From the NCBI GenBank assembly GCA_020051015.1, contig JAGVJQ010000038.1, positions 6,485 to 70,484 on the forward strand: DNA of 64,000 nucleotides, given 5' to 3'. Position 1 is the stretch's first letter, and each line of letters starts with the position of its first letter. Positions 1-8,867 of this stretch are shown here, one piece after another. The stretch comes from Gammaproteobacteria bacterium. Its GTDB lineage: Bacteria > Pseudomonadota > Gammaproteobacteria > UBA1113. The position numbers and the translations under genes are program-made. A model generated the notes under the pieces. The model worked only from the letters and a program-made list of their open reading frames with translations. It was not told where the DNA came from and did not search any database.

Positions 1-405
1 TTGAGCCTCTTTTTCAGCTGCACTAATTAGCGTAAATAATTCGTTATCCCTATTTATAATTAATTTGCTAAAAGCTTCCGTTGCTAATTGTTCTTGGTTT
101 AACACGCCAGAGTTAATAATAGTTTTTGTAGCTAATATTAACTTTTCCATCTTATTTTTTATTTTATCCAATTCCGCTTTATGTCCTGTAGTCGCAGCTT
201 CAAACAGACCATAACCTATTTTTTCTCGATTGTTTAATCTTGAACTAATAAGCTCTTTATCATCTATATATCTATTATATTTTTGAATTATGTCCACTAA
301 TAATTCAGTAGCACCGGTTTTGGGTGATTTGAATAACAAATTCCGTAATTCTCGGTATTGTTCATCTTTAATAAATTTGTAGTATTCTATCAAGTCTGTC
401 GCCAT
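1..405 (-). CDS. hypothetical protein, N-terminal part (ORF runs off the left edge of the window)
   Basis: Hand translation of the minus strand from ATG at 405..403 stays open for 135 codons to position 1 (MATDLIEYYKFIKDEQYRELRNLLFKSP...). A GAGGG Shine-Dalgarno-like motif lies at 413-417 on the complement. The ORF is absent from the track because it has no stop inside the window. No family recognised. Confidence 0.45.
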   Translation of the reverse strand, partial: MATDLIEYYKFIKDEQYRELRNLLFKSPKTGATELLVDIIQKYNRYIDDKELISSRLNNREKIGYGLFEAATTGHKAELDKIKNKMEKLILATKTIINSGVLNQEQLATEAFSKLIINRDNELFTLISAAEKEAQ

Positions 406-584
406 GATGTTTCCCTCTCATACTTTTTTAATATTGATACCAACAGCATAGTTCATTTTTTCTGCACAAAATCTTAACAATGTCAAGCAGTTACTAATAA
501 ACTGATTCTCTTCATAATTTGTTAAGGCAATTCTCACATACTGGTAGTATAATTATTATGCATGCATATAGGATTCAATAAGTT

Positions 585-2174
585 ATGGCCAATACTTCCA
601 AACCCGATAAACCCAGCTTTGTCGAAACTGATAGCGAAGAGTTAAGAAAACAATTCGATGCTATTAAAACGCCTACAGGGGAGCCAACTCCCAAACAAAA
701 AACACCAGAAACACTATTGCAAGAATTATTAGAGCTCCCTCGACCATGGAAGAGTAATGATGATAAAAGACATAATTTATTGATCAAAAATCTTGAAGAC
801 AACTTGAAACCATCACTAATAGAAATAATTAAAAAACACAAAACAGAAGAAACTATTCGTACATTATATAAAACAGAAGTGACATTTGGTGAAGCTGCTA
901 TCAACGCTTATGACAACCATAAAGCCAAATTTGCAGCACAACATGCTGAGCGAGATGCAATGCTACACTCTTTGCCCCAAAACTCAGCTGCTTATCGCGT
1001 GCAAAAACGGTTTTGTGATGCGATGGATAAAGTAGAAAAAGATTTTATTAGCAAGCTGACTGATCCAAATTATTTCAGAAAAGAATTACACAATAAACCT
1101 GAAAATCTACAACGCAAAATTGATGTCGCACAAAAAGGTGCGTGTCTCAAATCATATAACGGTGATTTAAAAATCATTAATCAACAAACACCGGCCATTC
1201 GTGAACAATTTTCGCAACAGTTTCAGCAAGTATTTCCTCAAGCAAAGGATCAAGCATGGATTCAACGTTCGCAACAAAATATTAAAGAATTGCAAGCTAT
1301 TGCTAATCCAAAACCAACTCGTGAGAGCACAAAAACCAATGATATCGCTGCTAAACGTGCAGCATTAGCCGAACAACAGCAAAAAGCCATGGAAAGAAAC
1401 CAAACTATTCGTGGTACTGTTGCGGAACAAACTAAAACCGTAGAAAAAACGGCTGCTGCAGTAGCTGAAAAGAGCACCTCGTCAAACATTACAAAAACAC
1501 CCACGCCTAAACCGTCATCATCTGCTATTGCTAAAAAAGATGACGAAAGTAGCGAACAAAAACAAGTGGCTAAAAAAGAACACCATAATGATGAATCACT
1601 CCTCACTCGAGTGGGGGGCGTATTGGGCTATATCCTGGGTTCTGCCATTCAATTTGCTGTAAAAGGTGCCTGGGGAGTAGCCAAAGCAGCTGCTGCAGAA
1701 ACGGCAGAAATTGCAAAAGCTGGTGTTCGAATTATGCAAGGCAAAGAGCTTACCGCAGCGCAAGCTGAATCGAATAATGCTCTTCCAGCTCCTGCACCAG
1801 AAGCTAGTGCCCCTAAAAATGAAGATGAAGGTCCTTCGTTATTTGTACGTGGAACGACTGGCGCCGGTAAAATTTTTGGTAAAGTTACTGAAGAAATTGT
1901 GAGGATTGGATTAAACGGTGGCATACGTTTAGCAGTCATTGCGTCAGAAGCATTAGGGAAAATAGCTTCTACTGGTTATCATGCCATAACAGATAAAAAG
2001 CAAGATACCTCTCTTGGACAAGAAGGTGATTTAAAAACAGGTCATAGTAAAGCGACCACCGGCAATGCAATGACTAAAGCCGCTGTAAATTCAACACTGA
2101 GTGTTACCTCGTCAAATGATACTAAGCTTGATAATGCACCCTCTACCACACCCTCACCAATGAAAAACAAATAG
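585..2174 (+). CDS. hypothetical protein, 529 aa. The N-terminal half is Lys/Glu/Gln-rich and the C-terminal half has Ala/Gly-rich hydrophobic segments.
   Basis: Long ORF on the track. Its low-complexity composition explains the antisense shadow ORFs. No conserved catalytic motif recognised. Confidence 0.6.
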   Translation: MANTSKPDKPSFVETDSEELRKQFDAIKTPTGEPTPKQKTPETLLQELLELPRPWKSNDDKRHNLLIKNLEDNLKPSLIEIIKKHKTEETIRTLYKTEVTFGEAAINAYDNHKAKFAAQHAERDAMLHSLPQNSAAYRVQKRFCDAMDKVEKDFISKLTDPNYFRKELHNKPENLQRKIDVAQKGACLKSYNGDLKIINQQTPAIREQFSQQFQQVFPQAKDQAWIQRSQQNIKELQAIANPKPTRESTKTNDIAAKRAALAEQQQKAMERNQTIRGTVAEQTKTVEKTAAAVAEKSTSSNITKTPTPKPSSSAIAKKDDESSEQKQVAKKEHHNDESLLTRVGGVLGYILGSAIQFAVKGAWGVAKAAAAETAEIAKAGVRIMQGKELTAAQAESNNALPAPAPEASAPKNEDEGPSLFVRGTTGAGKIFGKVTEEIVRIGLNGGIRLAVIASEALGKIASTGYHAITDKKQDTSLGQEGDLKTGHSKATTGNAMTKAAVNSTLSVTSSNDTKLDNAPSTTPSPMKNK

Positions 2175-2208
2175 TTTTCTTGACTACTATATTCAACATA
2201 CATCACTA

Positions 2209-2370
2209 GATCTAACGTAGGGGCGTATTGCATACGCCCATTTATCAAACATCACTAATCATTGCCTTTTAAAACAATATTTCCAATATTGCCGTACTCA
2301 ATTATCTAAGGGTTCCATAAATTTATGATGGGGCCAGATGGGCGTATGCAATACGCCCCTACGTTAGATT
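2209..2370. repeat. MITE-like palindromic element with ~33-bp terminal inverted repeats
   Basis: atctaacgtaggggcgtattgcatacgcccat (2209-2241) is the reverse complement of atgggcgtatgcaatacgcccctacgttagat (2338-2370). Each arm contains its own hairpin (gggcgtat/atacgccc). The arms are GC-rich and the interior is AT-rich. Confidence 0.6.
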
Positions 2371-2375
2371 AATGC

Positions 2376-2507
2376 ATGTAGCCCGAGATCGAGTGTGATG
2401 CAACCATCGACCCCGGGTTACACGCATTAACTAACATTATTCAACACTGAATAATATTCAATTTCATTATATTTCTCGATATTTAAACGCGTTTACCCGG
2501 GCTACAT
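2376..2507. repeat. second palindromic element of the 'atgtagcccg' type
   Basis: atgtagcccg (2376-2385) pairs with cgggctacat (2498-2507). An inner inverted pair is cccgggtta-cacgc / gcgtttacccggg. The element directly abuts the previous one. Confidence 0.45.
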
Positions 2508-2560
2508 ATTGATAAATTTATGGTAAAATTCGCCATCAATTAACTATATGAGAATACATC

Positions 2561-3076
2561 ATGCAATTTTGTCCTTGCCAATCCGGTAAATCATTCCAAG
2601 AATGCTGTGAACCCTACGTTACTTTTGTTAAGCCTGCGCCGACTCCTGAAGCACTCATGCGTTCGCGCTATACGGCCTTTACACTGGCCAATGTCGATTA
2701 TATTGAGAAGACCATGCGTGGGCATGCGGCAGAAGGTTTTAATCGCGCCAGCAGCCTTAAATTCGCTAAAGAGTCAGAATGGGTTGGTTTAGATATTGTA
2801 CGCAGTTATCAACCTTTTGATAATATTGGTTATGTTGAATTTGTAGCGCACTACAACGATAGTAAAGGTCACCATCAACATTTAGCGGAACTCAGTGAAT
2901 TTCAATTAGAAGACGGTCAATGGTATTACGTCGATGGTAAACAAGAAACACACCATCATGGTCATCATCATGATGAGACACCACAACCTATTCGACACAG
3001 TGCGCCTAAAGTTGGTCGCAATGACCCATGTACTTGTGGCAGTGGAAAAAAATATAAAAAATGCTGCGGGGTATAG
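2561..3076 (+). CDS. ychJ: YchJ family protein (UPF0225) with SEC-C metal-binding motifs at both termini
   Basis: N-terminal [13 protein letters not shown] and C-terminal [22 protein letters not shown] motifs. [15 protein letters not shown] core typical of YchJ. Confidence 0.85.
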   Translation: MQFCPCQSGKSFQECCEPYVTFVKPAPTPEALMRSRYTAFTLANVDYIEKTMRGHAAEGFNRASSLKFAKESEWVGLDIVRSYQPFDNIGYVEFVAHYNDSKGHHQHLAELSEFQLEDGQWYYVDGKQETHHHGHHHDETPQPIRHSAPKVGRNDPCTCGSGKKYKKCCGV

Positions 3077-3178
3077 GGGCTGTTTACAACTTTCAAATGT
3101 GGCACGCGCGTAAATTCTTTTACATTTAAATTCAACGCGTGTGCTGCAATATATATAGGGCAGAAATATTGAAAACGC

Positions 3179-3490
3179 TTAATCCGTATTCACCGTATAT
3201 TGACAATTGCAACCATTAGCATAGGTACCATCACCACAAACAATTTGTCCATGCGCACCCCCAGCACAACCGACTGCACCACCATCACAGGCACAACAAC
3301 CACATTTATTAGCATCAGATAAATTCAAAAAATTAGTGCCAAACGCACAATTGACGGGATGCGGACAGGTATTACCTAATGACGTAAAATAATTTGGTGT
3401 ATCTTTTCCGGCATTCATATCGACGGCGCCTAATTGTGCAAAACATACTGACGAAAAAAATAAACTGATGAATACGATTAATTTACGCAT
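3179..3490 (-). CDS. small secreted cysteine-rich protein (hypothetical)
   Basis: 103 aa with an N-terminal signal-peptide-like segment (MRKLIVFISLFFSSVCFA). The mature part contains many Cys and Gly (CGCCACDGGAVGCAGG...). Confidence 0.55.
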   Translation of the reverse strand: MRKLIVFISLFFSSVCFAQLGAVDMNAGKDTPNYFTSLGNTCPHPVNCAFGTNFLNLSDANKCGCCACDGGAVGCAGGAHGQIVCGDGTYANGCNCQYTVNTD

Positions 3491-3510
3491 GCTTACCTTG
3501 CCTTATGCTG

Positions 3511-4137
3511 TTATTTAGTCCAAGCAACATCATACCAATAGCTCTCGCCCCATGCCAATCTTGCTTTATCACCTGGGTTAACAGGGCCAACGCCCGCAGG
3601 TGTACCAGTAAAGATTAAATCCCCTTCACATAAGGGGAAAAATTCACTGATATAACTAATTAGCGCAATAGGTAAAAAAGTCATTAATTCACCGGCAGAT
3701 TGCTGTCGTACGTCCCCATTTAATGTAAATGAAAAAGGCGTTGTTAAATAATCTGAAAATTGAGTCAATGGAATCATTGGCCCCACCACCGCGGCATCAG
3801 GAAACACTTTACCAATAGTCCATGGATGGCCTTGTTTTTTTAATTGCGTTTGTAAGCCACGACGTGTCATATCCAAACCAATTGTTACCGCACCAATACA
3901 TGCACCAGCTTGGCTGGCAGAAATACGATAGCCCCCACATTTAAGCTGCAACACAATTTCCGTTTCATAATGAACATCTGCATCATATAAGCTTAATTCT
4001 TGTGTTGTATGCCATTGTGAAACTTGCCGTAATATTGACGGAGGTTTGAGAAATATCACCGGCGTATCAGGTACTGCATCACCTAACTCTTGCGCATGTT
4101 CGAGGTAATTTTTTCCAACAAAAACCATTTTATCCAT
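3511..4137 (-). CDS. fumarylacetoacetate hydrolase (FAH) family protein
   Basis: C-terminal GDLIFTGTPAGVGPVNPGD motif and overall length typical of the single-domain FAH/YcgM family. Confidence 0.8.
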   Translation of the reverse strand: MDKMVFVGKNYLEHAQELGDAVPDTPVIFLKPPSILRQVSQWHTTQELSLYDADVHYETEIVLQLKCGGYRISASQAGACIGAVTIGLDMTRRGLQTQLKKQGHPWTIGKVFPDAAVVGPMIPLTQFSDYLTTPFSFTLNGDVRQQSAGELMTFLPIALISYISEFFPLCEGDLIFTGTPAGVGPVNPGDKARLAWGESYWYDVAWTK

Positions 4138-4236
4138 GATCTCTTCCTCTTGTTCCGCATAATATGTTATGCATATAATCCATTATGACCTGTTAACAAT
4201 TCACTGGGCATTGTGCTCACTATTCAGACTCTAACA

Positions 4237-5109
4237 TTAATTAGCATCGTTTGGAGCTGCGCTAAAAATTTGATTAATTTCTTGTTCATTAAAAGCATAG
4301 GTGTTATTACAAAAATCGCATGTTACTTCAACAAAACTATAGGTTTTTAAAATATCGCGAACTTCTTCTTCACCCATCGTTTGCAGCGCTTGCGCCATTT
4401 TATTCTTATCACACTCGCAGCGAAAATTTACTGGCTGTTGCTCATATAATCGAATATCTTCTTCATGAAATAAACGATGTAAAATCGTTGTCGCATCAAG
4501 TGATAGTAACTCTTTTTCAGTGATCGTTGCAGCAAGTACTTGAATATGTTCCCAATAATTCCATTCTTCTCCAGCAGCTTGTTCGCCAGAATGGATATTG
4601 GGCATTTTTTGAATTAATAGCCCGACCGCTTGATCGTGATCTGCAGCAAGCCATAATTTAGTTGGCAATTGTTCTGATTGTTCAAAATAACTTTCTAAGT
4701 TTTCATTTAATTGGCTTGATTCTAAGCTGACAACACCTTGATAACGTTCCGTCGTGTTATCGGGAGAAACCGTAATGATCATATGCCCCTCACCCAATAA
4801 TCGTTGTGAAAAATCACTATCATCTTGCCATCTTGCTAACGCACGCATATTCAGATGCTGGTCACATTGTACAACTAATAAATTAATAGGGCCCTTTGTT
4901 TGTGCTTGCAAAATTAATGAGCCGTTATATTTAATCGTAGCGCTCAATAATGCTGTTGCAGCCATTGATTGGCCTAACAAATGCTTTACCACAATCGGAT
5001 AATCGCGTTGTTTACTAACCGTCTGAAAAACATCACGTAAAAAAACTAACTCTCCTCGTATGGCATGATGCTCAAACAAAAAACGTTGTAAATAATCAAA
5101 TTGTGACAT
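4237..5109 (-). CDS. hslO: redox-regulated chaperone Hsp33
   Basis: 290 aa with the C-terminal zinc/redox switch CxC...CxxC (FRCECDKNK...VTCDFCNNTYAF). Confidence 0.9.
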   Translation of the reverse strand: MSQFDYLQRFLFEHHAIRGELVFLRDVFQTVSKQRDYPIVVKHLLGQSMAATALLSATIKYNGSLILQAQTKGPINLLVVQCDQHLNMRALARWQDDSDFSQRLLGEGHMIITVSPDNTTERYQGVVSLESSQLNENLESYFEQSEQLPTKLWLAADHDQAVGLLIQKMPNIHSGEQAAGEEWNYWEHIQVLAATITEKELLSLDATTILHRLFHEEDIRLYEQQPVNFRCECDKNKMAQALQTMGEEEVRDILKTYSFVEVTCDFCNNTYAFNEQEINQIFSAAPNDAN

Positions 5110-5243
5110 AAATATTTTCCTCCTAAACTTGTTCCAATTGTAATCAACTTAACGATTAATAACAATTAATTATTTCTTAATTTGTTGCATGAATTATGTT
5201 AAGGAAACTTGCTTTCAAGGAAAAGATTGTCGATACTTATGGC

Positions 5244-5813
5244 ATGAAAGATGAATTTAACAGCTTACAAAATCATTTCCTCATTGCGATGCCGTTATTG
5301 AACGATTTCAATTTCGCGCGCGCCGTTGTTTACATTTGTGCGCACAATCCTGATGGTGCGATGGGTATTGTGGTGAATCGCCCTATTCTTGAAGTAAACT
5401 TGGGCGAAATCATGACTCAAATGGAAATCAAAGTTAAAAATAATGCCATCAAAAATTTACCCGTTTTTCTTGGTGGTCCAGTACAACCAGAGCGTGGATT
5501 TATTATTCATAGTCCTAACGTGCCCTGGCAATCAACCTTAATTACCAGTCCAGAATTAGCTGTCACCTCTTCACAAGATATATTAAACGCATTGGCTAAC
5601 GGTAAAGGTCCAAAAGATTTCATTGTTATTCTGGGTTATGCCGGCTGGGGTGCTGGCCAATTAGAAGAGGAAGTTGCTAATAATTATTGGCTAACAACGC
5701 CATCTGATCCCGAAATTTTATTCAAAATACCAAGCGAAGATCGCTGGAGCGCCGCCGCTGCTTTATTGGGATTTGATATCTCTAATATCTCATCTGAAAC
5801 TGGCCATGCCTAA
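5244..5813 (+). CDS. yqgE: YqgE/AlgH family protein (UPF0301)
   Basis: HFLIAMPLLNDFNFARAVVYICAHNPDGAMGIVVNRP matches the YqgE N-terminus. The internal ATG at 5244 is preferred over the track start at 5196 because it gives the family-typical length. Confidence 0.85.
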   Translation: MKDEFNSLQNHFLIAMPLLNDFNFARAVVYICAHNPDGAMGIVVNRPILEVNLGEIMTQMEIKVKNNAIKNLPVFLGGPVQPERGFIIHSPNVPWQSTLITSPELAVTSSQDILNALANGKGPKDFIVILGYAGWGAGQLEEEVANNYWLTTPSDPEILFKIPSEDRWSAAAALLGFDISNISSETGHA

Positions 5814-6285
5814 ATCTACATCCGAATTATTAATCATTGATCAACCTCAACACTATAATGGTATCTTGATGGGTATCGATTTTGGGTTAAGACGTATTGG
5901 CGTTGCCGTTGGTCAAACACTCACACAAAATGCAAATCCACTTAAGATAATTCCTGCGCAAAAAGGGGTACCAGATTGGAATCTATTTGAGAAGCTTATT
6001 AAAGAATGGCGCCCCATAGCACTCATCGTCGGCATCCCATTAAATATGGATGGGACCGCGCAACCAATGACGCACAAAGCTAGAGCCTTTGCCCTGCAAC
6101 TTAAAATACGTTTTAAGTTACCCGTACATGGTATGGATGAAAGATTAACGTCATTTGAAGTACGTCAAAATTTATTTGATCAGGGCGGCTATCGTGCTAT
6201 CCAAAAAAGTGAGATCGATGCCTTAGCAGCTAAAATTATTCTAGAAGAATGGATGCGTATCCATCAATCTGATATTACCTTGTAA
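5806..6285 (+). CDS. ruvX: putative pre-16S rRNA nuclease / Holliday junction resolvase-like YqgF
   Basis: ILMGIDFGLRRIGVAVGQ motif. Conserved yqgE-yqgF gene pair. ATG at 5806 overlaps the yqgE stop by 8 nt. Confidence 0.85.
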   Translation: MPKSTSELLIIDQPQHYNGILMGIDFGLRRIGVAVGQTLTQNANPLKIIPAQKGVPDWNLFEKLIKEWRPIALIVGIPLNMDGTAQPMTHKARAFALQLKIRFKLPVHGMDERLTSFEVRQNLFDQGGYRAIQKSEIDALAAKIILEEWMRIHQSDITL

Positions 6286-6307
6286 CATACCCATCATGCC
6301 TCAAACT

Positions 6308-6342
6308 AAAAAAGCGCCAAATCGTGAAATTTGGCGCTTTTT
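6308..6342. terminator. bidirectional rho-independent terminator between ruvX and the AlgP-like gene
   Basis: A-tract 6308-6313, stem gcgccaaat (6314-6322) / atttggcgc (6329-6337), T-tract 6338-6342. It sits between convergent genes. Confidence 0.7.
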
Positions 6343-6366
6343 ATAACCAATATATACCAATACGCT

Positions 6367-7677
6367 TTATTGAAGCGTTTCACTCGAAACAGGATGTTCT
6401 GGAGTGATCGCGTGCGTTGTTACATGATGCATTTCTGCCGCATGTGAACCGGTATTACCTTTGCTACTAACTCGTTTCGTAGTTTTCGCAGTTTTGGCAC
6501 GCTTGGTTGTTGTCTTAGCTTTCACTGCAGTTTTAGCTGCAGGTTTAGACTTTTTTGCAGTTTTGGCCTTACTCGTAGATTTAGCTTTGGTTGCAGTCTT
6601 AGCTTTCTTTACAGTTTTAGCTTTGGTTGCAGTTTTAGCTTTCTTTACGGTCTTAGCTTTAGTTGCTGGTTTAGCCTTCTTTACAGTCTTAGCTTTGGTT
6701 GCTGGTTTAGCTTTCTTGACAGTCTTAGCTTTAGTTGCAACTTTAGCTTTCTTTACGGTCTTAGCTTTAGTTGCTGGTTTAGCTTTCTTTACAGTCTTAG
6801 CTTTACTTACAACTTTAGCTTTCTTTACGGTCTTAGCTTTAGTTGCTGGTTTAGCTTTCTTAACAGTCTTAGCTTTACTTACAGGTTTAGCTTTCTTTAC
6901 GGTCTTAGCTTTGGTTGCAGGTTTAGCTTTCTTGACAGTCTTGGTAGCTTTAGTTGCAACTTTAGCTTTCTTTACGGTCTTAGCTTTGGTTGCTGGTTTA
7001 GCTTTCTTAACAGTCTTGGTAGCTTTGGTTGCAGGTTTAGCTTTCTTTACAGTCTTAGCTTTAGTTGCAGGCTTAGCTTTCTTTACAGTCTTAGCTTTGG
7101 TTGCAGGTTTAGCTTTCTTTACGGTCTTTGCTTTGGTTGCGGTTTTAGCTTTCACTTTAGGGGTACTCCTTTTTGCAGTGGTTGCCTTTTTGGCCTTGAC
7201 GGCCGACTTCTTCCATACCTTATCATAAGCAGAAACAACTTTTGCTAAACCAGCAAAACGTAATGAACTTGATTTTAATATATCAATTTCACCGTTTACT
7301 TCGTTTAGCTCACGTTCAAGCTGTTTAACAGACGCTTCAGCAATTTTTACAGACTTTTCAGCCTTTTTAACCGCATTACGTGCTGTTGCTGAAGATTGTC
7401 TAGTAATCCCAGCTTTAGCTTGTTTAAAGGTTTTTTCAGCGTGCTGATGCTCTTTAGAAGCTTTAGCCAGCTTTCCCTTTAACTCAGTAGCATGGTGTTG
7501 TAATTGTTGAACAAACGAGTCCAACTGTTCCTTCAGTTCGGCAGGTGCGGTACTGAAAAAATTTTCGATTTCATGCAATTCAAATTGCGTTGCCTGAAGT
7601 TCAGACATTGCCTTTGGTTTTGCAGTCGATTTTCCCTTTCCCTTAACTGCCTTTTTTACGGCCCTTGCCTTTGCCAT
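6367..7677 (-). CDS. AlgP-like / histone H1-like lysine-rich protein. It has an N-terminal coiled-coil domain and about 20 tandem 12-aa KAKTVKKAKPAT repeats.
   Basis: The translation shows a helical N-terminal ~170 aa followed by a long (K-A-K-T-V-K-K-A-K-P/V/T-A/V-T/S)n array. The architecture resembles Pseudomonas AlgP and bacterial H1-like proteins. Confidence 0.7.
   Translation of the reverse strand: MAKARAVKKAVKGKGKSTAKPKAMSELQATQFELHEIENFFSTAPAELKEQLDSFVQQLQHHATELKGKLAKASKEHQHAEKTFKQAKAGITRQSSATARNAVKKAEKSVKIAEASVKQLERELNEVNGEIDILKSSSLRFAGLAKVVSAYDKVWKKSAVKAKKATTAKRSTPKVKAKTATKAKTVKKAKPATKAKTVKKAKPATKAKTVKKAKPATKATKTVKKAKPATKAKTVKKAKVATKATKTVKKAKPATKAKTVKKAKPVSKAKTVKKAKPATKAKTVKKAKVVSKAKTVKKAKPATKAKTVKKAKVATKAKTVKKAKPATKAKTVKKAKPATKAKTVKKAKTATKAKTVKKAKTATKAKSTSKAKTAKKSKPAAKTAVKAKTTTKRAKTAKTTKRVSSKGNTGSHAAEMHHVTTHAITPEHPVSSETLQ
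6540..7160. repeat. 36-bp tandem repeat array inside the AlgP-like gene, with occasional 39-bp units
   Basis: gctttctttacRgtcttagctttRgttgcWggttta-like units reiterate head to tail. Units carrying an extra 'ggt' correspond to KATKTVKK variants. Confidence 0.85.
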
Positions 7678-7967
7678 AAGTTTGCTCCTGTTTCGTATTT
7701 CATTATGTCTAATGAAATACTTTTACATAATCACAAAACATGTAACTACAACTTACACTAGCTATTCTGGCTTAGTATTTAATAATTTGCAATAAATATT
7801 AATCACATTGTCAATAAAAAGCAAAAAATAACTTTATAAAATCAAAAAACCACTTCAAAAAAAACGCCGATTACCGTACGCAAAAATTCTATATTGCAAG
7901 CAAAAAAGGCTGCAAAAGTAAAAAACTGTGTTATGATGATGGCAAGCAAAAGTAAGGAGTTCGTATT

Positions 7968-8867
7968 ATGTTATCTTGGTTGCCAAAACCGCTCATCGGC
8001 GTCCTAAGTATTGTTCTTTATACATTGAATTTGTTATTTTGTTCGATCTTAATTTCCCTTGCTGGAATACTTAAAGTTGTTTATCGCGGTGGAAAAGGTC
8101 GTCAAACATTCGAAAAAGTTGGTCACAATATTGCCAAAATTTGGGCATGTATCAATGATGCAATTATCTGGTTAACATGTAAAACTACCTGGGAAATTGA
8201 CGATCCAAATCAACTTTCAGAACAGCAATGGTATCTACTAATTTCAAATCATCAGAGTTGGGCAGATATCGTTATCCTTGAGAAAGTATTTGTTAGGAAA
8301 AGCCCCATGCTTAAATTCTTTCTCAAAAAAGAATTACGCTGGGTTCCACTTGTTGGAACGTCTTGTTGGGTGCTTAACTTTCCTTTCATGCAGCGCCATA
8401 GCAAAGCAGCCATAGAAAGAAATCCGCATTTACGTAAGCAGGATTTAGAAACCACCAAAAAGGCTTGTTCCCTCTTCCAAGCAACCCCAACCACACTTAT
8501 TAATTTTGTTGAAGGAACTCGGTTTACCCCTCAAAAACATGATTTACAACAATCACCTTTTCAGTATCTATTAAAGCCTAAGGCTGGAGGTACCGCTTTT
8601 GCTTTAGCTGCTATGAATGGCACGTTAAAAGAGTTGATTGATGTCACTATTATTTACCACGGCAAAAATGTTAGCGCATGGGACTTTGCCTGTGGCAAAA
8701 TCAATAAGATTACAGTGAAGTTTAATGTCACCCCTATCACTAGTGATTTAATTGGCGACTATCATGATGATGAGAAATTTCGAGAACATTTTCAAAAATG
8801 GCTTAATGACTTATGGGTGAAAAAAGATAAACTGATTGCAGAGGAACTCCAAAAAAATGGTCACTAA
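7968..8867 (+). CDS. membrane acyltransferase of the PlsC/YihG family
   Basis: HX4D acyltransferase motif (NHQSWAD) and FVEGTRF motif. N-terminal TM segment. AAGGAG Shine-Dalgarno at 7953-7958. Confidence 0.75.
   Translation: MLSWLPKPLIGVLSIVLYTLNLLFCSILISLAGILKVVYRGGKGRQTFEKVGHNIAKIWACINDAIIWLTCKTTWEIDDPNQLSEQQWYLLISNHQSWADIVILEKVFVRKSPMLKFFLKKELRWVPLVGTSCWVLNFPFMQRHSKAAIERNPHLRKQDLETTKKACSLFQATPTTLINFVEGTRFTPQKHDLQQSPFQYLLKPKAGGTAFALAAMNGTLKELIDVTIIYHGKNVSAWDFACGKINKITVKFNVTPITSDLIGDYHDDEKFREHFQKWLNDLWVKKDKLIAEELQKNGH

Noticed and set aside
6540..7160. Possible CRISPR array, given the regular short repeats
   Set aside because: The units are contiguous with no unique spacers, lie wholly inside an ORF and encode the lysine-rich peptide repeat. 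There are no cas genes.
6461..7228. 255-aa plus-strand ORF (LAFFTVLALVAG repeats) that looks like a repetitive membrane protein
   Set aside because: It is the antisense shadow of the 36-bp tandem array in the AlgP-like gene. Its periodicity mirrors the KAKTVKKAKPAT repeats. The minus-strand ORF has a credible non-repetitive N-terminal domain and a terminator.
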